The position numbers and the translations under genes are program-made. DNA of 64,000 nucleotides, taken from the NCBI GenBank assembly GCA_964016885.1, contig OZ024743.1, positions 244,776,001 to 244,840,000 of the forward strand. The letters are read 5' to 3'. Shown here in pieces: positions 30,680 to 44,444 of this stretch. How positions within the stretch are numbered: the first letter of the stretch is position 1; the number at the start of each line of letters is the position of its first letter. Source of the stretch: Eledone cirrhosa (taxonomy: Eukaryota). A model generated the notes under the pieces. It searched no databases. It saw only the letters and a program-made list of their open reading frames with translations, and was not told where the DNA came from.

Positions 30680-31327
30680 CTGTGCCACATGTCATTCCTA
30701 ATGTAGTAAGAAGGCTTCATAATCGGCCATGTTATCCTTTACAACAGTGCCACAGCTGTTACCACTGTAACGGTAATAAAAGAACCATTGTTCAACCTCT
30801 TCAAATGTGCCACTGTTTAAATAGCTCCATTGTGCCTCAAGATATTACCACTGTAATGGTAATAAAAGTGCCTTTGTTCAACCTCCTTTAGCGTGTCACT
30901 GTTGAATTTACCCCCACAGTGCCACTGTATTTCTACTGTAGTGCTAATGACAGTGGCACAGTGCCATTATTCAATAGACCCATTGTGCCACTGTATTTCC
31001 ACTGTGGTGTTCATAACAGTGGCACAGTGCCATTGTTCAATATCCACAATTCTACCACTATTTAATTTACCCCACACTGCCACTATATTTCAACTGCAGT
31101 GTTAATGACAGTGGCACAGTGCCATTGTTCAACACCCACAATTCTACCACTATTTAATTTACCCGACACTGCCACTATATTTCAACTGCAGTGTTAATGA
31201 CAGTGGCACAGACAGTGCCATTGCTCAACATCTACAAATGTGCCACTGTTTAATTAACCCACAGTGCCACAATGTTCCCACTGTAGTTTTAACGATAGTG
31301 GATCAAAACCATTGTTCAATATCCACG
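30680..31327. repeat. Diverged minisatellite (~90-bp unit) rich in gtgcca(c/t)tg
   Basis: acagtggcacagtgccattgttcaa recurs about 92 bp apart near 31016, 31108 and 31200. Confidence 0.75.
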
Positions 31328-31758
31328 GACTTAGATAAAATATTTGAAGTGTATGAAACAATATGAAAGATTTATTGATCGGCAACTTATAGACTCAGGT
31401 TATGTGACAACATGTTACGTGCAATAAATGGCTCAACGCTCTGCATAATACCGCTAACTCTCTATCATTTTGTTATATACATACATAGAGGTACACATAA
31501 AATTACGCATACATACATACATGTATAAATACATACATAAATTCATGCATATATACATTCATACACACATTCATACACTCATACACACATTCATTCATAT
31601 ACACATACATACATACATAGATACATACATAGATACATACATATATACATACATACGCACACACTCGTAAGCACACACATATATATGTTGAAGGAGTGTT
31701 TTGTGTACACGCCTACATAGAAGAGTCAGACATTAACTTAGAAGTTTGATCATTGGAC

Positions 31759-31898
<140 letters not shown>

Positions 31899-31908
31899 GC
31901 GTATATAT

Positions 31909-32262
31909 AAAACTACGAAAGAGGTCTTGCTCTAGCAATTGAATCCTTGGTTTCAATTGTCTCAAGAAGCATTGAGAAAATTTGCAAGATAGCTGGGCAA
32001 CATCTATGTGCTCGGTTGGTATCGCTTGAGATCAATTGGAGACAAATGCTTATGATAGGACCCTCTTGAAGGCGTGCTTGAGGACTCTGCCCCTACAGCC
32101 CTTTTAGGCAAAGAAGAAGAAGGCGGATACTAGTATGGCCATTTGCGTTAGTATGCACACGTTTCAAATTTCAAATTTTCTCAATGCTTCTTAAGACAAT
32201 TGAGACCAAGAACTTATGCCCTGAAACATTGTCCAGGTGAAACAATACCTCTTTCGTAGTTT
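31909..32262. repeat. Imperfect inverted repeat (~31909-31985 and ~32172-32262) enclosing an RTE 3' fragment
   Basis: aaaactacgaaagaggt...aagaagcattgagaaaatttg is mirrored by caaattttctcaatgcttctt...acctctttcgtagtttt. Confidence 0.8.
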
Positions 32263-33402
32263 TCCTGGGCGTTTGATCTTGATAACCTATTGAAACTGCC
32301 TCAGTAAGTTTGCATAGCACTTTCTATTGATAATGTGGCTCTTTTGAAGATTGTCAATAAACAGAATGCCTTTTGCATCCCAAAAGACTGAAGTCATCAC
32401 CTTCCTTTCAGATGAAACGACCTTTGTTTTATTTGGAGCAGGTGAGGAAGGGCGTTGTCTCTTTGTCTCTGGCTCAAAGTGATGAACTCAACACTCAATA
32501 TGGGTTAGGAAACGTTCAAGTAAACCAGCTGGATCTGCCTCAAACAATGTCAGATCTTTCCGTGATGTGATTAGTCTGGTGCGCTTTTGATCAGGTGTCA
32601 GAAGACGTGGAACCTCCTCTTGCAGAAACCAACGTCATGCCAGAAACTCCCTCATGGGGTATGCTAACATCATTGGCTATTTCCTTTATAATCAATAGCC
32701 TGACATCCATCACCATGTGATGAACACGATCAATGTTTTCCTCAGTGGTGGCAGTTGCATGACGTCCAGACCTTGGGACATCTTCAAGATGCCCATTCTG
32801 ATGCCCATTTTTTGCACTGTTGATAAAGCTGAAGTGTTATCCCCTAATATCCAGCATAAATGTCCTTGGGGGCTAAACCCTTATTCTGCAGGCACTTGAT
32901 AAAACCACGATGCCAAATTTTGTCCATTTTCAAGAAATGTCACTACTAGTTACTTTTGAAGTTTTCTTTGAACAGTCAGATGTCAGTTTACCTAGAAAAA
33001 ACAATGTAGTTATCAATAAGAAGAGTTGAAATAATACATGCCAAATTTCACAGTTCTAGTATCACGTATCACTCCTTTCTATCCAGCCTATGAACTTTTC
33101 AGCCCACTCTCGCATCTGTTTCTTACACGCTCATGAATTCACCCAGTTTATGATGACAGAATAACCATGTTGCTTGTTTTTCTTTCCATCTTCGGTTAGC
33201 TTTCCCCTGTGTTGTTTACTTGTCTCACTCGCTTTGCGCGTTTCACTTGTCCCAATAACTTATTTTAGTTATTGTCGCACCAACGTAAGGTATATGATTT
33301 TTAATGCGATGAAATACCAATGATCGTTGGCAAATCACTGATGAGGACTCATTTTATGATATGTAATCCATGTGCAACCATGCAGTATTCTTCTCCCCAT
33401 AT

Positions 33403-33450
<48 letters not shown>

Positions 33451-33750
33451 GCAATTACGAGGTTGCGAGTTCAATTCTCGGACTGGGGTGATGCATTGTG
33501 TCCTTGAACAAGACACTTTATTTCACGTTGTTCCTTCTGCCAGGGGTTGCGACCGGTAGACAGTATCAGCAATAGAAGAACCAATGGAAAAATTGTTTCC
33601 TTGGTCCGATTCGACGAGGTCCATCCAACCCGGCAAGTGAATGAGGTTTGTGATCTTGTCGATCGATCAGAGCGGCGATATATATATATATATATATATA
33701 TACTATCTTACATATTAACAGCTGCCCAACTTTCCCCTTACATTTCCAAC

Positions 33751-33876
<126 letters not shown>

Positions 33877-34021
33877 ATATTGTAGGAGGGAAAGAATGTT
33901 GGCATTTGACAGCTGTTAATGTGGTGGTATGGGTCGTTATGTATGAATATTATCTGTGTGGTAGTAAGGTCACTATTCTAACTTTTTTATATAGTTTCTT
34001 CTCATAATCGATAACCGAATT

Positions 34022-34086
<65 letters not shown>

Positions 34087-34719
34087 TTACTATACTACCA
34101 CAAATGTAATTGTGGGCTAATACATTTAGTAAACCGAAAATAATTTTTTAATGAATTAAAAATTACGTCCAAAACGAAGATAAAAAATCACTAATGCTAA
34201 TAATGTTTTCTCTCAGAGTAGGCAAGGGAGAGAACTCTGAAATTGATTACTATGATAGGAAATTATATGGTGACCTGCATTGTGGAGTGAGACTTTCAGT
34301 GTTGTTAAGTTTGATGACAACCATAATTGAGTTGGACGGGATGCTTTGCAGTATCTGAGCTGGGTCTGTCCGTTCAGAGTTCAAATCCCGCCTCCTGTTC
34401 CCGAAACTGCAGTGACGTTGCTGCCAGGAGTTATGACAAGCAGGCAGCATACCCATTCCTTGGCAGAACAACCTCTCACGGAAGTAATTAGCCTAAAAAA
34501 GGTGATCATGAACATTCTCAAATATCAATTAAAATATGATCATAACATTTCGTACTCTGATGTTAGCAGAAATCACGATTCGAGGAAGACCTTTCCAATG
34601 GAGTATAACCCTATAAGTACTTACTTTAGCCTCGATTTCACTAACAGATCATAGGACATCGAACTCTCTTGCAGGTTCATGCAACATATCTGGGGTCAAC
34701 TTTATTTATATATAACATG

Positions 34720-34883
<164 letters not shown>

Positions 34884-35499
34884 CGTGTGTGTGTACGTAT
34901 GCACGTACGGACCCGTAATGACCAGGTGGAGCTCCTTTCTTCTCCAGGTCTGAACACAGTCGATTTCTTCTAGAGAAAGAGGAAGAATAAACCCCAGTAC
35001 TAAACTGGTATTTATTTTATCGACCTCGAAAGCTGACTTCAATGGCTTTTGAACTCAGTGTGCAGAGAACAGGAATGAATACCGCAAATCTACCTAGTTA
35101 TATATATGATAATTCATAGAATATTATTGTCGTCTATCGCTATAAGTTGTGAAAAAGTAGAAATATTTATAATTTATATATACACAGTCATACGTTTGGA
35201 TTATTTAACAATTATCACGAACAGCGTGATAAAGTAACAATCAGTTTTAAGTTATATATAATTTTCTAAGAATTATCGTGTATGGTGAAGACGTGTGGAT
35301 TAGTGGTTTGGGTGTTTGACTCACATCATGTTTTTGAACAAGACACTATATTTTACGTTGCTCTAATCCAATCAAATGGGAAAAATGAGCTAGAGCCGAT
35401 GGCGCCCCAACACAACGCGCACGCACACACACACACATTTTTATTAGATGAAATTCTTGAGATACGTTCTTGAACAGAGTTCACTATAGTATTTTTAAC

Positions 35500-36428
35500 A
35501 GATCTGGGGTGATTAGAGTTAAAACTGACATAATTCAAGTTTTCATTTAGTTTGTGAAATGGATAGTGAAGACATGTGTTGAGAATTAGTGTTATATCTA
35601 GGAAATTGACTATTCTATGGTTATTCTCTATTTCTATTTTTAGATTAAGGTAATTAAAAAAATTGTATAATTTGTTTTCTTTTTCTATTTAGTTCAGAGT
35701 TATTATTTTCAATAAGTAAAAGCATGTCATCACGATATAATCCTCCGGTTACACCAGGTATTTTTCTATGCAGCGAATTAATTATAAATAGGCCCACAAG
35801 GTCCGTTACCTGAGCTGAGTCAGATGATCCCATAGTAATGTCGAAATTATTATCTCTATCTGCCCTAGTCCATAGTTGGTTATTAAATTCTATCAATGTT
35901 TTCCTTGCCGATAATATAATGTGCATTTCATTGCTAGTTAGGTCTGTATGTTTGAATGCGTAATTTAGTGCCTTATTCAGTAGATTAGGGGTAATAGATG
36001 AATAGTAGTTAGCAATATCTAGTTGAATAAATTTATTATTATTGTTATATTTAATTTCTTTAAACCACTCAATAACCTCACCAGTTCCCTTCCACAAGTT
36101 TAAGTTAGGTAAACCATGTAAGTTTTTAATTTGCTGTATCACCCTGTCTAGAATGTTTTTGCTAAGTTTACCCAGGTCAGATTTTGATGGTGCAATCAAT
36201 CTGACTGGCAAATCATTTTCAAAATTTCTTTTGTGATCTTTCATATTGATCTTGGGTTTCCTAGGCAAGAAGGGTTGTGTTTTGTTCTCAATTTCCAACT
36301 CATGCATTATACAAGAGGCCTCAACATTCATTTTCTCCAGTTCGTCCTTATCTGCTACCTTGTACTTTTTCCTTAGTTCTTTCAGTATAAGGCCATTATA
36401 CATGTCTTTTTGCACTCCATAAAGACAT
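35500..36428 (-). pseudogene. Penelope-like element reverse transcriptase fragment (ORF 35654-36415)
   Basis: MKDHKRNFEN..PVRLIAPSKSDLGKLSK, FIQLDIANYYSSI, TMGSSDSAQVTDLVGL, GLYRDDML. Truncated at (TA)n; the downstream boundary is approximate. Confidence 0.88.
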
Positions 36429-36725
36429 ATATATATATGTAATCAAATATGAAAAAGTAATTATGAATAATTAAACTATGTATAATAAAAAGAGGAGGAG
36501 GAGGGGAGGCAGTAAATAGATGGGGTGTCAGTGAGAGCAGGAATATAACTTAGTGTTTGGGACTTTAGCATTTCTTGAAATACGATAGGATGATGTAATA
36601 ACTGTTTGGTTACATTTAGTAAGCTACACACTATTACATTATCTACTCTCCAGCTTCGTTCCTTCCCGCTTCATTTCTCCTTTTTATTTCCCACTCCTTA
36701 TTTCTCTGTAATCTCTCTCTCTCTT

Positions 36726-36809
<84 letters not shown>

Positions 36810-36851
36810 TGTATATATATGTATGTATGTATATATATGTATATATGTATG

Positions 36852-36903
<52 letters not shown>

Positions 36904-36935
36904 GTATATATATATATATACATACATACATATAT

Positions 36936-37009
<74 letters not shown>

Positions 37010-37094
37010 TTATATATTTATATATTTATTTATATATATATATATATATACATAATGTGTGTGTGTATGTATCTATACATATATATAAATGTAC

Positions 37095-37280
37095 GTGAGG
37101 GAATGTGTGTGTGTGAGAGAGAGAGAGAGTGTGTGTGTGTGTGAGAGAGAGAGAGAGTGTGCGAGAGAGAGAGTGTGTGCGTGAGAGAGAGTGTGTGTAA
37201 GAGAGAGTGTGTGTGTGAGAGAGAGAGAGTGTGTGTGTGTAAGAGAGAGGGAGAGTGTGTGCGTGAGAGAGAGAGAGAGA

Positions 37281-37311
<31 letters not shown>

Positions 37312-37326
37312 TGTGTGTGAGAGAGA

Positions 37327-37357
<31 letters not shown>

Positions 37358-37843
37358 TGAGAGAGAGAGTGTGTGTGTGTGAGAGAGAGTGTGTGTGTGT
37401 GAGAGAGTGAGAGAGAGTGTGTGTGTGAGAGAGAGAGTGTGTGTGTTAGAGAGAGAGAGAGAGTGTGTGTGTGTGAGAGAGAGAGAGTGTGTGAGAGAGA
37501 GTGTGTGTGAGAGAGAGAGAGAGAGAGTGTGTGTGAGAGAGAGTGAGAGTGTGTGTGTGAGAGAGAGAGAGTGTGTGTGTAAGAGAGAGAGAGTGTGTGT
37601 GTGAGAGAGAGAGTGTGTGTGCGTGAGAGAGAGAGAGAGTGTGTGTGTGAGAGAGAGAGTGTGTGTGTGAGAGAGAGAGAGAGCGTGTGTATGTGTGAGA
37701 GAGTGAGAGAGAGAGTGTGTGCGTGTGTGTCTGTGAGAGAGAGAGAGAGTGTGTGTATGTGTGAGAGAGTGAGAGAGAGAGTGTGTGTGTGTGTGTCTGT
37801 GAGAGAGAGAGTGTGTGTATGTGTGAGAGAGTGAGAGAGAGAG

Positions 37844-37890
<47 letters not shown>
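37095..37890. repeat. Long mixed (GT)n/(GA)n microsatellite
   Basis: Read directly from the sequence. Confidence 0.95.
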
Positions 37891-37894
<4 letters not shown>

Positions 37895-38060
37895 AAGAAA
37901 AGGAGAGAGAGAATCGATCACCATTAGTAGACTGACACTTTACTTATCGACATTGAAAGGATGAGAAGATTTGAGGGCAGTGAGTAGGAACAAATACCAA
38001 GACATTTTTAATCCGACACCCTAATGACTCTGCCATATATATACATACACACTCATGCAC

Positions 38061-38156
38061 GATTACATATAGCCCTTCTGATTACATATAGCCCTTCTGA
38101 TTACATATAGCCCTTCTGATTACATATAGCCCTTCTGATTACATATAGCCCTTCTG
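38061..38156. repeat. 19-bp perfect tandem repeat, 5 copies
   Basis: Unit gattacatatagcccttct. Confidence 0.95.
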
Positions 38157-38266
38157 GTAAACTAAACTCCTTTCTTTTTTTTTCGCCTTTTTTCTCTTCC
38201 AACCTTTTCTCTCTCTTAACTTTATACCTTGTTGGCCCTTCTTTTTTCTTTTCCTAGAGGCTTTAA

Positions 38267-38473
38267 CCCTTTAGCATTCACATTACTCTATATATACTAT
38301 TATATTTTCATGGTAAATGCTTTATCTCACATAATATTGAATCTATGAGATTTTGAAAGTATTTATTTTGAGAAAAATACCTTAACATCAATTTGAGCGA
38401 CCAGTCACAGCTAGTTTCAACAGAAAGAGGTAGAAAATTCTGGCCGGTTTTGGCCGGTTTGAACATTAAAGGG
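38267..38473. mobile_element. piggyBac-type MITE
   Basis: TTAA-CCCTTTAG ... TAAAGGG-TTAA. Confidence 0.75.
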
Positions 38474-39055
38474 TTAAACTAATAATACGTTTTGTTTTCT
38501 GTTTGTCTTTCTTCCATGATGTTTGATTATATATATACTAAAGAGTAAAGGCCCTCTGCGGTCACGAATGACCATCAGATTAGCCACTAGAAAGTTCCCA
38601 GCATACATATATACACAGGAAAATTCGTTTTTTCAGGTATGTTTACATGCCTACATATTAAATATGTTTATATTTATATACATATTGGTGCAATCTCGGT
38701 TACACACTCTGCATAGAGAAGGGTGTGAAGGTGGCTGGCTTAGTGGTTAGGGTGTTCGTGAGGGCAGAGAGACACACATATATATATATATAAATATAAA
38801 TACATGTCTGTCTGTAACGCTTTAAAATTTACACACACACCCACATTAGGCAATTCCTAGCCCAGTCATGTTGCATACAATAAAAAGGTCGCTTTCCAAT
38901 GACAAAGATCTGCGTTTAATCTCGCACCTCTCCACGTAAACATTTGTACATATATGCTGAACATTTATGTAATCATATCCTACAAATAAATTATTAAAAT
39001 ATCATTCTTATCTTTAATCTCTTCCATGTGTCAGTAATCAGCATAAACTATAGGG

Positions 39056-39182
39056 CAGCGGTCGCCAACTTTTCGGACCTCATGGACCACTAAATCCATC
39101 ATTTTAAATCCCGCAGATTAAATACATAAAAACATTTTTGCTGACCACCAAAATTCTCTTTCGGACCACCAGTTGGCCTGTG
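39056..39182. mobile_element. Small hAT MITE
   Basis: cagcggtcgccaac ... gttggcctgtg (right TIR degenerate); perfect 8-bp TSD CTATAGGG. Confidence 0.75.
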
Positions 39183-39295
39183 CTATAGGGTATTCCTTAT
39201 GCAAGCCATTTATCAAAACACAAATTCGCCAGTTTGTATGATTGCCTGGTAATCCTGGTATATGTGGCATACCAATCATGAACTCCAAAAATTAA

Positions 39296-39746
39296 CCCTT
39301 TCGTTACTGTATTTCTAATGAAACACGTTGTAGTTATTGCAGAATTTGGAGAGATTTATTAAATATTTCATTATTAAGATGGCACTGGGGGCGGTGGATT
39401 GGCAGTATCAGTAGAGGGTCGGACGCCATGCTTTGCAGCATAGAATTACAGTCCTTTATGATCTAAGCTCAAATCCCGCCGAGGTTAATTTTGCCTTTCA
39501 TCCTTACGGGGTCGATAAAATAAAGTACCTGTCACGCACTGGGGTCGATTTAATCGACTTTCCCCTCCCCCAAAATTGCTGGCCTTGTGCCTATATAAGA
39601 AACCATTATTAAGATGGCATTTGAAATATGAATTGACTTAAGTACAATTATGTTGAAGAGTTTTAATTTAAATAGAAACCTTTTGAAATGGGGGGTTTTG
39701 TTTCATAGAATCCAAGGCAGTTTGTGGCTGGTTGGTATCAAAAGGG
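39296..39746. mobile_element. piggyBac-type MITE with a nested SINE
   Basis: TTAA-CCCTTT ... AAAGGG-TTAA. Confidence 0.75.
39385..39603 (+). mobile_element. Full-length SINE family A (longer variant) with a 16-bp TSD
   Basis: TSD cattattaagatggca at 39369-39384 and 39604-39619; extra internal segment ggggtcgatttaatcgactttcccctcccc. Confidence 0.92.
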
Positions 39747-40076
39747 TTAAGTACATTCAACGCCATTGCCGTCATTATTGACGGCGCGGGTCCATTTGTA
39801 AACAAATGAAAGAATAAAAATATAAGCATTCGCAGGCGCTTGTCAATGTCTGCTAAATTATCCACAGCTTTTCTCTTCTAAATAAAGAGAAACCTTTGAA
39901 ATGTTACACAATCAGGGAATGACGTTGATTGAAGTGGTTCCGAACAATTGAATTTAGTGCGGTGACTGTGCAGCCACATTGATAATATCTTGACAGAGAT
40001 GGAAAACAATCTTTTGAACAGGGTTTCACTTTCTTTGACAGCCTGTCTCTGAAGCTGGCTATTTCTTTGGTTCAAC

Positions 40077-41120
40077 AGTGGAGAGAGTGTTGTTGGTGAT
40101 GATGGCAGTGGTAGTAGCGGTATTAGTGGTGGTGGTGGTGGTGGTGATGGTGGTGGTGGTGGTTGTGGTGGTGGTGTTGTTGGTGATGATGGCAGTGGTA
40201 GTAGCGGTATTAGTGGTGGTGGTGGTGGTGGTGGTGGTGGTGATGGTGGTGGTTGTGGTGGTGGTTGTGGTGGCGGCGGCGGTGGTGGTGGTTGTGATGG
40301 TGGTGGTGGTGGTTGTGGTGGTGGTTGTGGTGGCGGTGGTGGTGGTGGTTGTGGTGGTGGTGGTGGTGATGGTGGTGGTTGTGGTGGTGGTTGTGGTGGC
40401 GGCGGTGGTGGTGGTGGTTGTGATGGTGGTGGTGGTGGTTGTGGTGGTGGTTGTGGTGGTTGTGGTGGCGGTGGTGGTGGTGGTTGTGGTGGTGGTGATG
40501 GTGGTGGTTGTGGTGGTGGTTGTGGTGGCGGCGGTGGTGGTGGTGGTTGTGATGGTGGTGGTGGTGGTTGTGGTGGTGGTTGTGGTGGTTGTGGTGGCGG
40601 TGGTGGTGGTGGTTGTGGTGGTGGTGGTGGTGATGGTGGTGGTTGTGGTGGTGGTTGTGGTGGTTGTGGTGGCGGTGGCGGTGGTGGTGGTGGTGGTGGT
40701 GGTGATGGTGGTGGTGGTTGTGGTGGTTGTGGTAGCGGTGGTGGTTGTGGTGGATGTGGTGATGGTGGTGGTTGTGGTGGTGGTTGTGGTGGTGGTGGTG
40801 ATGGTGGTGGTTGTGGTGGTGGTTGTGGTGATGGTGGTGGTGGTGGTGGTGATGGTGGTGGTTGTAGTGGTGGTTGTGGTGGTGGTTGTAGCGGTGGTGG
40901 TGGTGGTGGTGATGGTGGTGGTTGTGGTGGATGTGGTGGTGGTGGTGGTTGTTGTGGTGGTGGTGGTGGTATGGTTGTTGTTGTGATTGTGGTGGTGGTG
41001 GTGGTTGTGATGGTGGCTGTGGTGGTGGTAATGGTGGTAATGGTGGTAGTGTTGATGGTTGTGTTGGTTGCTGTTGTAGTAGTGGTGGTATTGGTTGTTG
41101 TTGTAGTGGTGATGGCTGAT
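40077..41120. repeat. (GGT)n-derived low-complexity repeat with higher-order duplications
   Basis: Read directly; produces spurious poly-Pro and poly-Val ORFs. Confidence 0.93.
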
Positions 41121-41986
41121 GATAAAAGTGTTAATGACAATATTGATGCAGGTGATTTGGGGAGGATTTGGCTACTATTTCTATCAATTTGAATGCCAGC
41201 GTAAGGTAGAAGTGGGAGAACATTTTTGTACCAAGTGCTAATTGTAACTAAAAATCAGAAAATAACATATTTACATAGATACAGTACATTATTATGGACA
41301 CAACATAGCTGAATGCTTATAAAGTTTGATTAGCAATCAAATGTTCCGAGTTAGATCTCAATACACGGACCTTTTCATTGGGTCATTAAATGTAGCTTCA
41401 ATCGAATTATTTTGGATTCGGAAATGAGAAGAGACTGAATTAATGTCTTCGTAGTTTCATCTATCAGAACAAGATACTTCTTGGTACTTTGTATCATAAC
41501 AAGACAATTCTTGCCGTAACCTAGAAATTGATTACTAAATCTTTATTGCTTTTACACCTGACGACGTCGCCGGCTGTCTTGCGTCATGATATGACGACGT
41601 CGCCGGCTGTCTTGCGTCATGATATGACGACGTAAGCCGCTGGCCATAGAAATACGTATTGTCTTCTTACGAAACACTAAAGGAATATATATAACCGTGT
41701 TGGTTGATTGCAATCAAGCATAAGCAGTTAATGTTATAGGTATTACGTATATGGTATCCTTATTAAGAAAGAAGAGAGACGAGTTTACATGTTCAACTTC
41801 AGTTTATTGTCTTATATTACCTCTGCTGTGTACATTTTAAAGGCATTAAAATGTCATTATGTAATTGTTAATGCGTTGTCGTCAGACAGGTGCTGAAAAT
41901 GTAAATAATTATATATTTTTGTTTATGATTTTTATATGCCCGCTGTCGAAGGGATGTTCTTCATTCGGGTTACAGCAGGCATATGT

Positions 41987-42025
<39 letters not shown>

Positions 42026-42110
42026 AGGAGGTGAGTTTTATTGTAGCACAATAAAGCAATGCAAATATCGGATAAGTAGCACTCAACAGTTTATAGGACT
42101 GGAGTATAAA

Positions 42111-42169
42111 TAATATAAAATCAAAAGATGGTTAAAATACATGGAACTCTTTTAACCATCTTTTGATTT

Positions 42170-42215
<46 letters not shown>

Positions 42216-42444
42216 ATGAAATGACAGGAGGCTGGACTTGTGTAAATCCTTGTGTAAATCCTTTCAAGGATTTACACAAGTCCAGCCTCCTGTCATTTCA
42301 TTATAATATTTAACTCCGTACTAGCACCACCAACTACAAAAACAAAGACGGTTGAACTGCTTTACGTTGAGTACTCTCTATATTATTGCATTACGATTGA
42401 CCATACGGAATTGACCAGCTCTATCCAGTGGTGAACCTCAAACC

Positions 42445-42488
<44 letters not shown>

Positions 42489-42718
42489 AAGTATGTTTTG
42501 AAACAGTGAGCAGGTTTGAAATTAGAAAATATATAGCTTTCACCGTATTTTTGACTAAAGGAATTTTAGCCTGATAATGGGGTTTAGAACCCTCAGATAA
42601 ATGGAAAAAGATGAGCATTGACGTACATGTACGTCAATGCTCATCTTTTTCCATTTATCTGAGGGTTCTAAACCCCATTATCAGGCTAAAATTCCTTTAG
42701 TCAAAAATATGGTTAAAG

Positions 42719-42726
<8 letters not shown>
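42111..42726. repeat. Cluster of three independent fold-backs abutting (TA)n: 42111-42176, 42212-42305 and 42529-42726
   Basis: Arms of 27, 41 and ~97 bp; the last has no loop (centre gtacatgtac at 42627/42628). Confidence 0.95.
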
Positions 42727-42767
<41 letters not shown>

Positions 42768-43123
42768 ATCTTCATTCGAGTTACAGCAGGCATATCCATA
42801 CATCTATACAACAATATTGTTTTAAATCTTAAAATTAAACTCGTTATTATTCTACCTTGTTGCCATAGATATGTAATTGTTTTGTTGTTGTTGTGTTGTT
42901 TGTCTTTAATTCTACGTTGCTCATTACGCCAAATTAGAATTTTATTGTCAACATTTTATAAATAATAAATTTGTTATGGAGGCCCTGTAATTCAATATGC
43001 TGTTCAATTTTATCATGATCTAAGCCAAGAAATAACACCTTATTATCCTGGCTCCAGGCTAATGTGTGTTCCGTAGAATTAATAGAGCAATTTCGATGTG
43101 TTATATATTTTGGGTTTTAACAT

Positions 43124-43307
43124 AATTGTTTCTACTTTTGGCACAAGGCCAGCAATTACCCAGTGCATTACTGGTACTTTATTTTATCGACCCCGTAAGG
43201 ATGAAAGGCAAAGTTAACCTCGGCGGGATTTGAACTCAGAATGGTAAGGGGCGTAACTCTATGCGTCAAAGCATGGCGTCCGACCCTCTACCGATACTGC
43301 CAATCCG
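43124..43307 (-). mobile_element. tRNA-derived SINE, family A
   Basis: A and B boxes plus the family body. Confidence 0.9.
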
Positions 43308-43506
43308 AACATAATGCTAAATGACATGACATGATTTTGTGTAAATATCAAGTGAAGGTGTTATGTTTGTGTCGTCAATAGATCTCCATGTATGAGCCTG
43401 TACTGAGGTTTATGGGCCGGCCTTTCACTATGTATGTATGTATGTATGTATGTATGTATGTATGTATGTATGTATGTATGTATGTATGTATGTATGTATG
43501 TATGTG

Positions 43507-44121
43507 TCAGGTCGATAGTTGGTGCTACTGGTAACATGTATCCCAGTACAACCTGTCTCATGGTCAGGACGTTGGCGACTAAACTGGCAACCCCACCAAG
43601 ATTTCTTGGTGAGGAGGGTGACTTTGGACATCCTGCAGGACTAAAAGCAAAACCTGTCAAAGGGCAAAGGAGCTCTTAAGAGTCAATGGCCATCCAAAAT
43701 CACCGGGAGAGATGACCCCCTTAGCCTTTGTCAAGGCAGAATTCTAGGAGAAGGAAAACTCTGATATAACACCTGCAACCCTGATGGTATCCAATGATGT
43801 TGATTTGTTCTTCTTTTTGGTAAATATCATCTTGGTTAAGAGAGTGGGACTGGCTTTGTGTAGTGCCTTTGCTCACTATAAAAGCTTCACGGCACAGGCA
43901 TTGCTTTATATCTGGAGATCTCTCTGCACTTGTCGTCACATGGTACCATGGGCCCAGCACTATGTGTCAATAATTGTCACAAGTGTAGTGTTTGTACCAG
44001 AGTTTTCAAGTCGCTGGCTGGACTAAAAAGTCACACTCGTTCAGCGCATCGGTAGGGGTTCTCCTACATGGATATAAAGTAGTGGCCGTACTCGAAAACG
44101 AGTTGGCAGCCACCATGAATC
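43507..44121 (+). mobile_element. Non-autonomous, internally deleted RTE-like element inserted in (TATG)n
   Basis: RTE-like 5' motif ctaggagaaggaaaactctga, joined to a terminal C2H2 finger (HKCSVCTRVFKSLAGLKSHTRSAHR*) and a short 3' UTR. Confidence 0.6.
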
Positions 44122-44199
44122 TATGTATGTATTATGTAAATATGCATACATATACATACATACATACATACATAAGAAAACACAGTTATAGGCCTGTCC

Positions 44200-44247
<48 letters not shown>

Positions 44248-44251
<4 letters not shown>

Positions 44252-44428
44252 TGTTTCTACTTTTGGCACAAGGCCAGCAATTACGCAGTGTATTACTGGT
44301 ACTTTATTTTATCGACCCCGTAAGGATGAAAGGCAAAGTTAACCTCGGCGGGATTTGAACTCAGAATGGCAAGGGCCGTAACTCTATGCGTCAAAGCATG
44401 GCGTCCAACCCTCTACCGATACTGCCAA
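44248..44428 (-). mobile_element. SINE family A in (TAA)n
   Basis: Family body with TAA flanks. Confidence 0.9.
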
Positions 44429-44444
44429 ATAATAATAATAATAA

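Noticed and set aside
32280-33000. Possible decayed transposase or host exon
   Set aside because: Complex sequence, but no sustained ORF or recognisable motif.
39900-40075. Possible hAT dimerisation-domain remnant (KRLFSISVKIL on the minus strand)
   Set aside because: Too short a match to support without a search.
39878-41140. 420-aa proline-rich ORF and the opposite-strand poly-Val ORF
   Set aside because: Translation of a (GGT)n/(ACC)n low-complexity tract, which lacks stops by construction; no splice or domain evidence.
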